This document shows, in pieces, positions 8,762 through 18,127 of a stretch of 43,401 nucleotides of DNA. This DNA is from a virus (taxonomy: Duplodnaviria; Caudoviricetes): the IMG/VR virus record IMGVR_UViG_3300025372_000018, positions 1-43,401 of that record; one strand, given 5' to 3'. The first letter of the stretch is position 1; every line of letters begins with the position of its first letter. A program made the position numbers and the translations under genes. The notes under the pieces were generated by a model. That model saw nothing but the letters and a program-made list of their open reading frames with translations, was not told the origin of the DNA and searched no databases.

Positions 8762-9698
8762 TTTGGGACTCCGTTTTAACTAGTTCGTTGTAATATTGCT
8801 CTGGCGTAATTTTGAATTTCTTAGCCAGTTCCATTTGACGGGTGTTTAATGTGATCTTTTTTGAAGACGTTGACCTCGTTGCTGGAGCAACCACCGTGCT
8901 TTTACGAGTTGTAGCAGGAGATTTGGTTCCTGCTTCTTCCCCAAATTTCTCTGGGAAACGTCTTCTCATTTCGGTATCTATAGCGTTCCAGTAATGATCG
9001 GAGCCTGTCGGGACTCCCTCACGTTCCAGCCGCTTATGGATTCCCATAGCGAGAAAACTCATGTCATCGTCAGTGCCGTACCATTTGTTTTTGTCAAGCC
9101 ACGATTGGGTTTTTGAGTCCAGTCGTGTTGGTTGGCGCTGCTGTTGAGGTATTTGTACATCAACTTCAGAAGATTGTAAAGTATTTTCGTCATATTGTGG
9201 AATATAACGATCCATCTCTCGAGCTTTAAATTTAATTTCAGTTAAACGCTCTTGAGCTTCTACTAAACGCTCTGCATCGCCAGAGTCATAAGCCTCTTTG
9301 TATGCACGTCTTGCTTGATCAAGATCAGAGGCAATTTTTTCTTTAGCTGTTGATACATACACCTTTTCGCCATCAGAAAGTCGACCTTTAAGCCGTTTGT
9401 TTTCTTCAAAAATGGTGTTAGCAACCCGAACAGCTTCTTCGTTTTCACGCTGGATAGCTTCTTTAGCCCTGCGTTCATCGTTAATTAGCTTTTTCATCTG
9501 CAAAAGGCGTTGTTTTGCCTCTTTAGAATAGGCTTCTAAGTCATCATTGTCGATTTCTTCAACGATTTCTTTAGGAAGCGGTGCTGCATTAATACGATCT
9601 TCTTCTGGGGTATCGTCAACAATCTCTAATTCAACCTCTGGTGGGGTTGCATCATCACTTTCCAAAAAAGAAAAGTCTTGTTTTTCAAATTCAGCCAT
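8754..9698 (-). CDS. Capsid scaffolding protein
   Basis: Acidic N-terminus, long coiled coil, C-terminal helix-turn-helix (MELAKKFKITPEQYY); synteny. Confidence 0.7.
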   Translation of the reverse strand: MAEFEKQDFSFLESDDATPPEVELEIVDDTPEEDRINAAPLPKEIVEEIDNDDLEAYSKEAKQRLLQMKKLINDERRAKEAIQRENEEAVRVANTIFEENKRLKGRLSDGEKVYVSTAKEKIASDLDQARRAYKEAYDSGDAERLVEAQERLTEIKFKAREMDRYIPQYDENTLQSSEVDVQIPQQQRQPTRLDSKTQSWLDKNKWYGTDDDMSFLAMGIHKRLEREGVPTGSDHYWNAIDTEMRRRFPEKFGEEAGTKSPATTRKSTVVAPATRSTSSKKITLNTRQMELAKKFKITPEQYYNELVKTESQNG

Positions 9699-9709
9699 GT
9701 TTTTTCTCC

Positions 9710-10123
9710 TTAAACACGAGTAATTCCACGAGGATCTTCAACTACAGCCTCGACAGAATCGTCATTAATTAATCGGAACTCACGACCATGAATCTTTAGG
9801 CGTGTGCCAGTGTTTGGTCTGGCAAGAATAAAGTCACCTTCTTGGCACCAAGGACCAGTAGGAAACTTTTTTTCATCTTTGTAGCAATCAGGTCCCATTT
9901 TGATAACAAAAAAGACGGTGGAAAGCACTTCTTCCATTTGCAGTGTGGCATCCGCTTTGAGGATTCCACCAGCGTGTTCTTTTTCAGCATCAGGAATACC
10001 AACAAGCATACGATAGCCTTGTGGCATGGGTAGTTGTCTTGCTTTTTCTTCACCTGTTTGAGGCAAAGTCGTTACGTTACTCACATCATCGGGGTTTGAG
10101 CCGATTAGTATTTCACTCATCAA
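9710..10123 (-). CDS. groES: GroES-like co-chaperonin
   Basis: PQGYRMLV...GGIL...VIKMGPDCY...EGDFIL...FRLINDDSVEAVV matches the Cpn10 pattern. Confidence 0.8.
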   Translation of the reverse strand: MMSEILIGSNPDDVSNVTTLPQTGEEKARQLPMPQGYRMLVGIPDAEKEHAGGILKADATLQMEEVLSTVFFVIKMGPDCYKDEKKFPTGPWCQEGDFILARPNTGTRLKIHGREFRLINDDSVEAVVEDPRGITRV

Positions 10124-10307
10124 AATTCTCCAAGTTCTTTTTAAGGTCTGAAATGTACATCCTTACAGACAGAAGACCCGTTATCTGTCCGCAAGTCTTT
10201 TGGTAGTCAGCGTAGTCTTTGGCTACACCAGTACCAAGGGACTCTTCCAAGTCCCTTACTCTCACATCTACCTGTTTGAGGAGATGATCTAGTATTTTTT
10301 CCTTCAT
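10113..10307 (-). CDS. Small conserved helical protein
   Basis: 64 aa, DYADYQKTCGQITGL; coupled to portal. Confidence 0.7.
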   Translation of the reverse strand: MKEKILDHLLKQVDVRVRDLEESLGTGVAKDYADYQKTCGQITGLLSVRMYISDLKKNLENFDE

Positions 10308-12820
10308 TCAATTTCCTTTTTGGTTTTTTGAGCTTGGGTTTTTGCCATTTCAGCTAAGATTTTGAGCTTCTCTGACTGGCGTTGTTGGTTCATTTGGGCT
10401 TTATTACTTCCTATTTGATGACCCAATTTCATGCCTTCTAGCTCTTGTTTAGCAGCAAGGTTGGCTTTATCAGAAGCAGTTTTTGCTCCCACTTGCATAC
10501 CAGCAATTTCTTTTTGCGCTGCAATACGCATCTTTTCAATTTCAATTTGATCAGCTTTACCAGCTGCATCCATAGCCAGTTTCTTCTGCTTAATGTCGAT
10601 TTCCTGTGCTTTAAGCTGTAATTCTTTCATCTGCATCTGAACAATAGGATCTTGAGCAGCTTGCTGTGCCTGTTGTGCAGCCACCGCAGTCTGGTTCTGT
10701 TGCAATAGATTTTGAGCAGCTGGGACAGCCAGACGAGCAATTTGCATTTCTTGTTCTGGAGTCATATGAACATCTGGATCATCGTCATCAGAATACGGAA
10801 TGTTAATGCCCATTTGCATCTGCATTTGTCGCATATATTCAAGACCAACGTGTTCAGTAATGTGAGCTTGCATCGCTTGAATCATCATTGGAGCTTGTGG
10901 GTTTTGACCAATGGTTTGTTTGATCTTTGGATCATTCATAGCAGCCATATGAATCTGGATATGGGCTTGATGGTCTTGACCAATAAACGCTTTGAGTGGT
11001 TTGTTCTTTAAGGCGTTGACGTTTTCCGTTACTGGATCTGTAGGCTTCATGTCTTCTGGCAATGGAACCAACTTCTCTAGGTTCTTAATGCCGATGACTT
11101 CTAACATTTGGCGATGTAAGTAAGGAAGGTTATAAAGCTGGGGAGCCGTCTGACATAACTGTAGGGCAGCTTGATACTGCACTACCTTTTGGCTCATGGT
11201 TGCTGCGTTTGGATCTGATACGGGAATGATATTGACCATATCGTAGTCAGATTTACGGGCTGTACGATTACCGCTGGTAGGCTGGTAACTGTAATCTTCT
11301 GGGGCGTAGTCAGCAATAATTTTTTTGAGCAGCTTAAATTCTTGCTTCATGGAGTAATGAATACGAGCTTGAATCGCAGACATGACTTTAAGTGTGCGTT
11401 CTAAAATTGCTAAAGTCGTACCCACTGGAGCTTGGCTGCTCATGTCCGATGCTTTTAAATCGCCAGAAGAAGCAAAACGTCTACCTTCTTCTACGATTTG
11501 ATTGAGCAACGTCATTAAAGTCTGGCTTGGCTCTTTGTATGGCAATGGCATGATGTTGTCTTTCATCGCACCACTTGGAACATCTACGTCACGGAACTCA
11601 CCTGGAGCTATCGGGGTATCGTCACCTTTGACACGCAACCCACGAGTCTTAAAGCCTCCAGGAAGATTGGACAATGACCCTGCATCAACCAGCTGACGAA
11701 GAATGGAAGTGCCCGATTTAGCAAAAGCTCCAATAAGATGAATAAGCCCGAAATGATAAAAGCCGAAGCCAGGGATATAGCCATAATGTACAAAATGCTG
11801 GCGTTTTTGGTGTGTTTTGTCATCTGGATCCCAGTTTCTACGGATTGCTAACACCTGTCCGTTTGATTTTTCAATGGTTACAACATAAGGAAGAGCAATG
11901 CCTGTTGGTTCGCCATGCTTATCTGTGTGCTCAAAACCTTCTAAATCAAGGTGGCAGTGCATTTCAAGGACTTTAAAACGGTCATCAGTAGATGCCCTAA
12001 ATCCTAATTTTTCTGCAATTTTCTTTTCAATTTCATCTAAGACGTTATCTGGCGATCCTAGATTTAAATCACGATAGAACCCTTCATACTGTAGGCGTTT
12101 GAGTTCATTTTCTGTCTTACGCATCACATGAGTAATGCGTTCTGCGGATTCAAGACTAGAAGCACCGTAAGGCACAACCAGATCTTCAGCAGGAATATAC
12201 ATAGATACTTGACGATCTAGGCTTGGATCTACATAAACTTTTTTAAAGCCGTTACCTGAAAGCCCTACACCCCAGAGCATACGCTCATGTTCAGGGCGAA
12301 ACTCTTGCATCACGTCAGTTAACTCATGGTTCATGTCTTCTACAACACGCTCCATCGCATCTTTTTTCTCTGATGTTTCTTTACCAACAATCTCGCCCTT
12401 GACTGGACCAGCAGCTGGAAAGGTTTCCATGATGGTTTCAGATTGGAATTTAATGACGGCTTCGGCTAAGACTGGGTGGTAAACACCGCAAGCACCTTCC
12501 CAAGGTTCTGAACGCTCTTCAATCTTTAAGCCAAGAAGTTCTAAGCCATCAACATAGGTTTGAATCCAGTCACGTCTAGAATCAATGTCCGATTGAAAAT
12601 CTTCTAAGAGTTCGCTGGCAATCTGTAGTAAAACCGATTCAGGCAAGTATTCAGCAAGGTTTGCATCAAAGTCTTCAATCTCCTCGCCTTCCATTTGGAT
12701 TTCCATTCCACCAACTTTTACGTCTACCTCTTCAGGGTCAACAATTTCAATTTCAACATCTGGTCCTTCTAAATCAGGTAGACCTTGGGGGGCTGCATAC
12801 ATTGCTTTATCGATTGACAT
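10304..12820 (-). CDS. Portal protein
   Basis: 838 aa directly after TerL; PWEGAC motif; Gln-rich coiled-coil C-terminal barrel as in P22-like portals. Confidence 0.85.
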   Translation of the reverse strand: MSIDKAMYAAPQGLPDLEGPDVEIEIVDPEEVDVKVGGMEIQMEGEEIEDFDANLAEYLPESVLLQIASELLEDFQSDIDSRRDWIQTYVDGLELLGLKIEERSEPWEGACGVYHPVLAEAVIKFQSETIMETFPAAGPVKGEIVGKETSEKKDAMERVVEDMNHELTDVMQEFRPEHERMLWGVGLSGNGFKKVYVDPSLDRQVSMYIPAEDLVVPYGASSLESAERITHVMRKTENELKRLQYEGFYRDLNLGSPDNVLDEIEKKIAEKLGFRASTDDRFKVLEMHCHLDLEGFEHTDKHGEPTGIALPYVVTIEKSNGQVLAIRRNWDPDDKTHQKRQHFVHYGYIPGFGFYHFGLIHLIGAFAKSGTSILRQLVDAGSLSNLPGGFKTRGLRVKGDDTPIAPGEFRDVDVPSGAMKDNIMPLPYKEPSQTLMTLLNQIVEEGRRFASSGDLKASDMSSQAPVGTTLAILERTLKVMSAIQARIHYSMKQEFKLLKKIIADYAPEDYSYQPTSGNRTARKSDYDMVNIIPVSDPNAATMSQKVVQYQAALQLCQTAPQLYNLPYLHRQMLEVIGIKNLEKLVPLPEDMKPTDPVTENVNALKNKPLKAFIGQDHQAHIQIHMAAMNDPKIKQTIGQNPQAPMMIQAMQAHITEHVGLEYMRQMQMQMGINIPYSDDDDPDVHMTPEQEMQIARLAVPAAQNLLQQNQTAVAAQQAQQAAQDPIVQMQMKELQLKAQEIDIKQKKLAMDAAGKADQIEIEKMRIAAQKEIAGMQVGAKTASDKANLAAKQELEGMKLGHQIGSNKAQMNQQRQSEKLKILAEMAKTQAQKTKKEIE

Positions 12821-12828
12821 AAGGATCC

Positions 12829-14319
12829 TTAGTAATAACCTTTTTTACGCCTAAATTCTTGTGGCTCATCTGGCTCATCGCTTTGCAGCGTAATAAAGCC
12901 ACCTCTTCTAAATCTTAACAGTGCTTGGGTTGTGGAGTCTACTAAGTCATCGTGATCTGAATTGGGAAATGCTGCTAATTCCTCTACTACTTCTTCAGCC
13001 CAGCGTTTTCTTGGTGCCCAAATTTTACCGCTTGCAAACAAATCAGATACGCTATTAACACGAGATATTTTATCGTTACCCCTAGTCGGTGTAAACTCTT
13101 GAACAGGAATACCCATCCTTCTAAGTTCAAATATAAGTGGAGCACCAGATGCTTTCGCTTCAACAATGAACGAATCTGGTTCCCAGTCTTTATACATATC
13201 ATAGGCTCGCTGTTTAAGAGTGGGGAACTCCATTCTCTCTTTAAACGCATCCAATAAAATGATATTAGCATCCGTTTTATCTTCATTTAGGTAAAAAACT
13301 CCCCAAGTCGTACACGCTGAATAGTCAGCCCGTTCTGATTTTGTAAATGCCGTATCCCAAGATTGGATGATGTAATCACAAGGGGGAGGGGTTTCTTTAT
13401 CCCAGACCCTCCACCATTCCCGTTTAACAAGAGCACCTTCTTCAGAGGTCGGATCTTGTTGATACTGGGCTTGCCACTTGGAAAGCGGTAGTTCTATCCT
13501 TAGTTTATCTAATTCCTCGTAGCTCCAAAACTCAGGCCAAAGGGGTTTTTCGTTTCTTTTAATCGCTGGAAGGCTGATGATTTCCCATTCATCACCGTCT
13601 CTGTCCACCATCGCTTGGCAGATTTTTCCTGTTAGGTCTCGTTTAGACCAACGGGTCATCACAACTACAATAGATCCTCCAGGCTGCAAACGCTGGCGAG
13701 GACCTGAAGTGTACCACTCGTACACCTTATCAAAAACGCTAGGGTCCCCAGCTGCAAGTGCTGCTTCTTGCTCGGAATGAGGGTCATCAATAATAAGAAG
13801 ATCAGCACCTTTACCAGTAACAGTACCGCCAACACCAATAGCAAAATACTCCCCGTTAGCATTAGTACTCCAACGACCAGCAGCCTTGCTATCCGATCTA
13901 AGAGCAACATTAGGGAATACTTTGGCATATGCCTCTCCATCAACTAAGTTACGCACTTTTCGACCAAAACCAACCGCAAGTTCAGCGGTATTAGAACATT
14001 GAATAATTTTCTTGTTAGGAAATTTTCCCAAGAACCAAGCAGGTAAAAGGTAACTGGCAAACTCAGACTTCGTATGACGAGGTGGCATATTAATAATCAG
14101 TCGCTTAATTTTCCCACTGGCAATCTCCTCAAATTTAGTCGCCATTAATGCGTGATGTTCGCCATGAATAAAATTGGGCCACATGGTTTCTACAAACGAC
14201 ATAAAGTCAATTTGCCCAGTTTCACGAGTTACTGCATCTTGATAAGCCAACGCCAAAGGACGTAGCTTTGCCTGTTCCTCCTCAGGAAGCTGATCAATGA
14301 TGGCTAACAACTCATCCAT
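12829..14319 (-). CDS. terL: Terminase large subunit
   Basis: Walker A MPPRHTKS, Walker B LLIIDD, MTRW coupling motif, nuclease motifs SWDTA and HDDLVDS. Confidence 0.95.
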   Translation of the reverse strand: MDELLAIIDQLPEEEQAKLRPLALAYQDAVTRETGQIDFMSFVETMWPNFIHGEHHALMATKFEEIASGKIKRLIINMPPRHTKSEFASYLLPAWFLGKFPNKKIIQCSNTAELAVGFGRKVRNLVDGEAYAKVFPNVALRSDSKAAGRWSTNANGEYFAIGVGGTVTGKGADLLIIDDPHSEQEAALAAGDPSVFDKVYEWYTSGPRQRLQPGGSIVVVMTRWSKRDLTGKICQAMVDRDGDEWEIISLPAIKRNEKPLWPEFWSYEELDKLRIELPLSKWQAQYQQDPTSEEGALVKREWWRVWDKETPPPCDYIIQSWDTAFTKSERADYSACTTWGVFYLNEDKTDANIILLDAFKERMEFPTLKQRAYDMYKDWEPDSFIVEAKASGAPLIFELRRMGIPVQEFTPTRGNDKISRVNSVSDLFASGKIWAPRKRWAEEVVEELAAFPNSDHDDLVDSTTQALLRFRRGGFITLQSDEPDEPQEFRRKKGYY

Positions 14320-14539
14320 TCAAATTCCTTAGTTTGATATACGCTGGTCTAATGCTACGAGAGTACTTCATGTTCCCTTTGCAAACCCCTATTTCAATTA
14401 GGATTTTCATTTTCCTAGCCGTACCTCCACGCCCCCGATAACCTGTCATTCGCATCACGTCATCAATGGTTGGACCAAAACCAAAGTCCTCCCAGAACTT
14501 TTCAATGACATGAAAGACTTCTTTTTGTGCAGGAGTCAT
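14312..14539 (-). CDS. LexA-like N-terminal winged-helix DNA-binding protein
   Basis: MTPAQKEVF..I..FW...GFGPTIDDV...SRSIR. Confidence 0.7.
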   Translation of the reverse strand: MTPAQKEVFHVIEKFWEDFGFGPTIDDVMRMTGYRGRGGTARKMKILIEIGVCKGNMKYSRSIRPAYIKLRNLNG

Positions 14540-14733
14540 CCTATCCTCACTACATTAGGAAAATATTCTTTTTGCAATTCTTCTTCTGTTTTATTTTTAG
14601 ATGGGTAGTTTTTATGCAAACCTTTATTGCCACCACACCATTGGCAGTTATCTACTTCCTCATCAGGAACTGGACCAGCTTTCAAAGGATTAACTCCATT
14701 GCACCAAACATGATGTAGTTTCATTTGCCACAA
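14536..14733 (-). CDS. Small Cys/His protein
   Basis: HHVWCN...CQWC; overlaps neighbours. Confidence 0.55.
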   Translation of the reverse strand: MWQMKLHHVWCNGVNPLKAGPVPDEEVDNCQWCGGNKGLHKNYPSKNKTEEELQKEYFPNVVRIG

Positions 14734-14963
14734 TCCTCAGGTTCGTAAACTTTAGAACTGGCTGCTTCACCAGCTACCCAATGGTATTGTTTTTTACGAA
14801 TCCCAAATTCATTCATAGGCAAAGACTGGCAAGCTACGGCATCCCTTAATAACTTTAAGTGAGCAATTGCCCTGTCTAGTGCTGCAATTTCTATTTCTAT
14901 ATTATTCATACGATTCCTGCCCATAAGAAAATCACTGTTATCAGTATCAAAATGATTAGCCAT
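14721..14963 (-). CDS. Hypothetical protein
   Basis: 80-aa ORF in operon orientation. Confidence 0.5.
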   Translation of the reverse strand: MANHFDTDNSDFLMGRNRMNNIEIEIAALDRAIAHLKLLRDAVACQSLPMNEFGIRKKQYHWVAGEAASSKVYEPEDCGK

Positions 14964-14985
14964 TGTTCTCTATCCATATACCCCC

Positions 14986-15921
14986 CTACCCTTTTTGATT
15001 AGAAAAAGATGACGGGGGGGTTTCTAAAACAGTGTTTTTTTCCTGCCAGTTAGGATTTTGTACCCCCTCCCCCCTACCAATTGGAATTAAATCATTAGGG
15101 TTAATACTTAGTTCCTCGTAAGTATTTGATTCTAAAGGATTTGTCACCGTAACAGGTGTTAGGGTGAGATTTGTTGGTGATTGAATGTGTGAAATACTAT
15201 GCAAATGACCCGCATCAGCCTCGGGCAAAAAAGGGGTCATGCCCCTCGGTGGGGGGTCGGAAATTGGACTTTCAGAGCCAGTACCCACCGATGTTTCCTC
15301 AATGAGTGAATGATCTTCAGAAGAAATGGAAATAGATTGGGGTATATCAACATAGCTGATCTCTGCTAAGAGTTGCTCGGCTGTTCGCTTGGTCGATACC
15401 CTCAGACTATTACTGTTCTGTATCGCCAGTTGGACTGCTTCCATCAGCTTGGACTTGAGCGTGTTGCTATCCATCGTATGCACCAGTTCCCGTCTCTCAG
15501 TGAACAATGCCACCTCAGTCATCTTACCTACAAGCTCTAACGCCTTGAGTTGCTGTGCGGGGGGCAAGTCATCATTCAGAGCCATGCTGGAGAGTTTATG
15601 GATTGCCATAGCCCTCAAGCGAGGGGGTAATAGATATTCCTCCACCTCTTTCTGTGCTTCTAGAGCCGTTATGTATGTTTGAACATTGGTGGACTTCACA
15701 ATGGTCTGTGCGTTCCTACTGGCGGTAGTGTTCTTGCCCTTGTGGTTGTAAGCCCGTTTGTATGCTTCAGTCTTATTCCCAGTCGCTACTACATTCTCAG
15801 CGAAAGCCTTTTGTTTCTTGGTTAGCTTGATCCCTTGCTTAGACTGGGAGCCTAGAATGATGGTCTCAATCGGCACTGCTTTCATGCCTTCAGCTATCTC
15901 TTTCTTGGTCAATCGCTTCAT
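14986..15921 (-). CDS. terS: Terminase small subunit-like protein with long disordered C-terminus
   Basis: LTKKQKAFAENV..TGNKTEAYKRAY HTH and QLKALELVGK motif typical of TerS; first gene of the packaging operon. Confidence 0.7.
   Translation of the reverse strand: MKRLTKKEIAEGMKAVPIETIILGSQSKQGIKLTKKQKAFAENVVATGNKTEAYKRAYNHKGKNTTASRNAQTIVKSTNVQTYITALEAQKEVEEYLLPPRLRAMAIHKLSSMALNDDLPPAQQLKALELVGKMTEVALFTERRELVHTMDSNTLKSKLMEAVQLAIQNSNSLRVSTKRTAEQLLAEISYVDIPQSISISSEDHSLIEETSVGTGSESPISDPPPRGMTPFLPEADAGHLHSISHIQSPTNLTLTPVTVTNPLESNTYEELSINPNDLIPIGRGEGVQNPNWQEKNTVLETPPSSFSNQKG
15119..15131 (-). promoter_or_regulatory. IHF consensus site
   Basis: AATCAAATACTTA matches WATCAANNNNTTR. Confidence 0.35.
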
Positions 15922-16211
15922 AGGTATCTCATGGGTATATTTATACCCCCCAAGTATAGGACAGTTCTTACTGGGACATCAATAGTCTTCTCTCCCTTAC
16001 TCTTATCTCTCTCTACTGGAGCATGAGCCACACTGTTCCGCTTCGCTCTCTAACCCTAACACTGTTAAGGTGAGACCGCATTTTAGGGTTTTCATACGCA
16101 TCAGAGAGCCATGCTTCCCATTTTTATGAGCCTTGATACACAAGCAAGGGATTTTAGGACACACTCCACCGCCCTCTAAGCCTTATCCAGTAAGGGCTAA
16201 AAATATTTTTA

Positions 16212-16274
16212 ATAAATACTATGCAAGTCAAGTATTTATGGTTTAAGATTTAATCTCATTCACTAGATGAATGA
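16212..16274 (+). promoter_or_regulatory. Putative early promoter with overlapping inverted repeat and 5' hairpin
   Basis: ATGCAA-17 nt-TAAGAT (16221-16249); IR ATAAATACT/AGTATTTAT (16212-16239); hairpin TCATTCA-CTAGA-TGAATGA (16256-16274). Confidence 0.45.
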
Positions 16275-16302
16275 ATAAACAAACCACCTACTAGGAGCAG
16301 AT

Positions 16303-16551
16303 ATGCAAACACTACAAGACACAATCGCCATATGGGATAAGCAGATAGACGAGGAGCAGATGATTGGGTTTGTTCGTCTTCATGCCAATACAAACTACAA
16401 CAAGGGTTGGGATGTCATCGTGGAATGTTGGACAGATGGAGACATCCTTGAGTATCTATCTGAATCCAAGTTCGATATGGCTAAGACACTGAAAGCCATT
16501 CAGGACTGGATTGATCTACGGGATGAGATGGAAGATAACTGCCAGTTCTAA
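16303..16551 (+). CDS. Small acidic early protein
   Basis: 82 aa, HANTNYNKGWDVIVECW; CTAGGAG SD. Confidence 0.8.
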   Translation: MQTLQDTIAIWDKQIDEEQMIGFVRLHANTNYNKGWDVIVECWTDGDILEYLSESKFDMAKTLKAIQDWIDLRDEMEDNCQF

Positions 16552-16554
16552 CCA

Positions 16555-16606
16555 GTCAATCTGATGATGGGCTAATGCCCGAAACCTGAGAGATCAGGTC
16601 ATTGAC
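16555..16606 (+). ncRNA. Hammerhead ribozyme, type I (HH1)
   Basis: Stem I GUCAAU/AUUGAC; CUGAUGA plus one extra U; stem II GGGC-UAAU-GCCC; GAAA; stem III CCUGA-GAGA-UCAGG; GUC cleavage after 16600. Confidence 0.93.
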
Positions 16607-16626
16607 AACACTGCTAGGAGAAACAA

Positions 16627-16815
16627 ATGGAATCAACATTGTTAAAGAAGTTAGCTAAAGGTGAGTTCTTCAAACTCAAAGGGTCTGAGACTGCTCCAGT
16701 ATGGATGATTGACTATCGTGATGGTCATTTCATTCATGCCCACAAGTTTGATGATGTAAACCACACCAAAGTGTTTAAGCAAAACAAAGTAGTTTTCTTC
16801 GGCTTTACTTTCTAA
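16627..16815 (+). CDS. Small early protein
   Basis: 62 aa; SD within the ACTGCTAGGAG box. Confidence 0.8.
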   Translation: MESTLLKKLAKGEFFKLKGSETAPVWMIDYRDGHFIHAHKFDDVNHTKVFKQNKVVFFGFTF

Positions 16816-16824
16816 GGGGGATTT

Positions 16825-16941
16825 ATGGGAACACTAGAGCAACGCTACGCTATTTATCTCGCCTGTGCTGATGATGGCACTGGACATTCAATCACTGATG
16901 GCAAGCCACTGAAAACTTTTGAAGAGTGGTTGAATTCATAG
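16825..16941 (+). CDS. 38-aa peptide
   Basis: MGTLEQRYAIYLACADDGTGHSITDGKPLKTFEEWLNS; AAGGGGG SD; stop abuts HH2. Confidence 0.75.
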   Translation: MGTLEQRYAIYLACADDGTGHSITDGKPLKTFEEWLNS

Positions 16942-16990
16942 TCAAACTGATGAGCCTTTAATAGGCGAAACCCAGTGATGGGTCTTTGAC
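16941..16990 (+). ncRNA. Hammerhead ribozyme, type I (HH2)
   Basis: Stem I GUCAAA/UUUGAC; CUGAUGA; stem II GCCU-UUAAU-AGGC; GAAA; stem III CCCA-GUGA-UGGG; GUC cleavage after 16984. Confidence 0.95.
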
Positions 16991-17009
16991 AAACTGCTAG
17001 GAGTTCAAA

Positions 17010-17372
17010 TTGGAAACACAAACTGTAAAGAAAACAATCGACTTATCCCAGTTTTATGGCACTGAGTCGTATCACCGCACTAACCTGTTTACCCCTAACC
17101 TTGTTCACACTGATGGGGTTCAATACTTTGCTGATCAAGGTGGTTGCTACTGGTTCTTGGATATCGTTGCCAGTGAATACTATCCACTGTTAGCTAAAGA
17201 GCCACTGCTCTCCATCCAGTTAGCCGTTGAGGATGGGAAAGCAGATATCTGCGTGGAAGACGGGGATTGCAACATCATCAAGCAAAAGCATATTGCCCTA
17301 ACCGATTGCCCTGATGGGATGTATCGGTTCTTCCTGACTGACAATGTTCTGATGCTTACTTCGGAGTATTGA
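17010..17372 (+). CDS. DUF6876-like protein
   Basis: LSQFYGTESYH...TDGVQYFA...CYWFLDIVAS...LMLTSEY; TTG start after box SD. Confidence 0.7.
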   Translation: METQTVKKTIDLSQFYGTESYHRTNLFTPNLVHTDGVQYFADQGGCYWFLDIVASEYYPLLAKEPLLSIQLAVEDGKADICVEDGDCNIIKQKHIALTDCPDGMYRFFLTDNVLMLTSEY

Positions 17373-17674
17373 TCATGGCAGACTTGATTGACACGATGAC
17401 AGTCAAGTCTCCCCTCTTCCTTGAGGGAAGTTGGGGAGAGCGAGACATCGGCACACACGAATCCACACTGGAGTTGTATTTCAACAAGGACAACACTGGG
17501 TTTATCGAATGGGACATTCCCGATGTTGCCTTTGAATACATTGGTCTTTGGTTCGATATCGACAAAGATGGAAAACGCTCTTTATCTGAATACGATGGGG
17601 TTATGAGTCTCAATGACCATGCAATAGCACTGCTCCGCAAAAACGGGGTGGAAGTAGGAAAGGACTTCGAATAA
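17369..17674 (+). CDS. Hypothetical early protein
   Basis: FIEWD...IGLWF...YDGVMSL; probable start ATG 17375. Confidence 0.7.
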   Translation: MIMADLIDTMTVKSPLFLEGSWGERDIGTHESTLELYFNKDNTGFIEWDIPDVAFEYIGLWFDIDKDGKRSLSEYDGVMSLNDHAIALLRKNGVEVGKDFE

Positions 17675-17790
17675 TGTTCCCCAAGCACGACTGGTTAGTA
17701 AACACCATATTGGTCGTTGCTTGGGCATACATAGCCTTTTATGTATTCCCACAAGCAATTTATCTTTTTATCAAAACTGGAGGGTTCTGA
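17674..17790 (+). CDS. 38-aa membrane peptide
   Basis: MFPKHDWLVNTILVVAWAYIAFYVFPQAIYLFIKTGGF; TAATG and TGATG coupling at both ends. Confidence 0.65.
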   Translation: MFPKHDWLVNTILVVAWAYIAFYVFPQAIYLFIKTGGF

Positions 17791-17960
17791 TGTTCTGTAT
17801 GCACGAAAACCAACACACTTGGGATGAGTATGACGCTCAAGGGATTTTTCTTACAAGGGTCTGCGAAAAGTGCGTGGATGCCAAGTTAAGCCAATACCGC
17901 CCTGAGATCCTTTCAGGGTATTTTCAATCAGATGTAGATGAGCCAATAGAGGAGCAATAA
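17790..17960 (+). CDS. Small Cys-containing protein
   Basis: MFCMHEN...YDAQGIFLTRVCEKC...; GGAGG SD. Confidence 0.7.
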   Translation: MFCMHENQHTWDEYDAQGIFLTRVCEKCVDAKLSQYRPEILSGYFQSDVDEPIEEQ

Positions 17961-17961
17961 C

Positions 17962-18126
17962 ATGAATTATCAAAACTACTTTTCGTATTTAGATGTTTTA
18001 CGAGATTCAGGTGTAACCAATATGTTTTTGGCATCACCTTACTTGGAAGCAGAATTTGGTTTATCTCGCAGAGAAGCAAGAGATGTATTGCTTACTTGGA
18101 TTAAATCATTTAATAAAGGGGAATAA
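17962..18126 (+). CDS. 54-aa protein (DUF5049-like)
   Basis: YLDVLRDSGVTNMFLASPYLEAEFGLSRREARDVLLTW; GAGGAG SD. Confidence 0.7.
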   Translation: MNYQNYFSYLDVLRDSGVTNMFLASPYLEAEFGLSRREARDVLLTWIKSFNKGE

Positions 18127-18127
18127 C

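Noticed and set aside
1054-15985. Plus-strand and alternate-frame ORFs over the structural operon
   Set aside because: Shadow ORFs of real genes, without SDs or recognisable motifs
16868-16920. CTGATGA inside the 38-aa ORF as a fourth hammerhead
   Set aside because: No stem II followed by GAAA and no matching stems I/III; it simply encodes ADD
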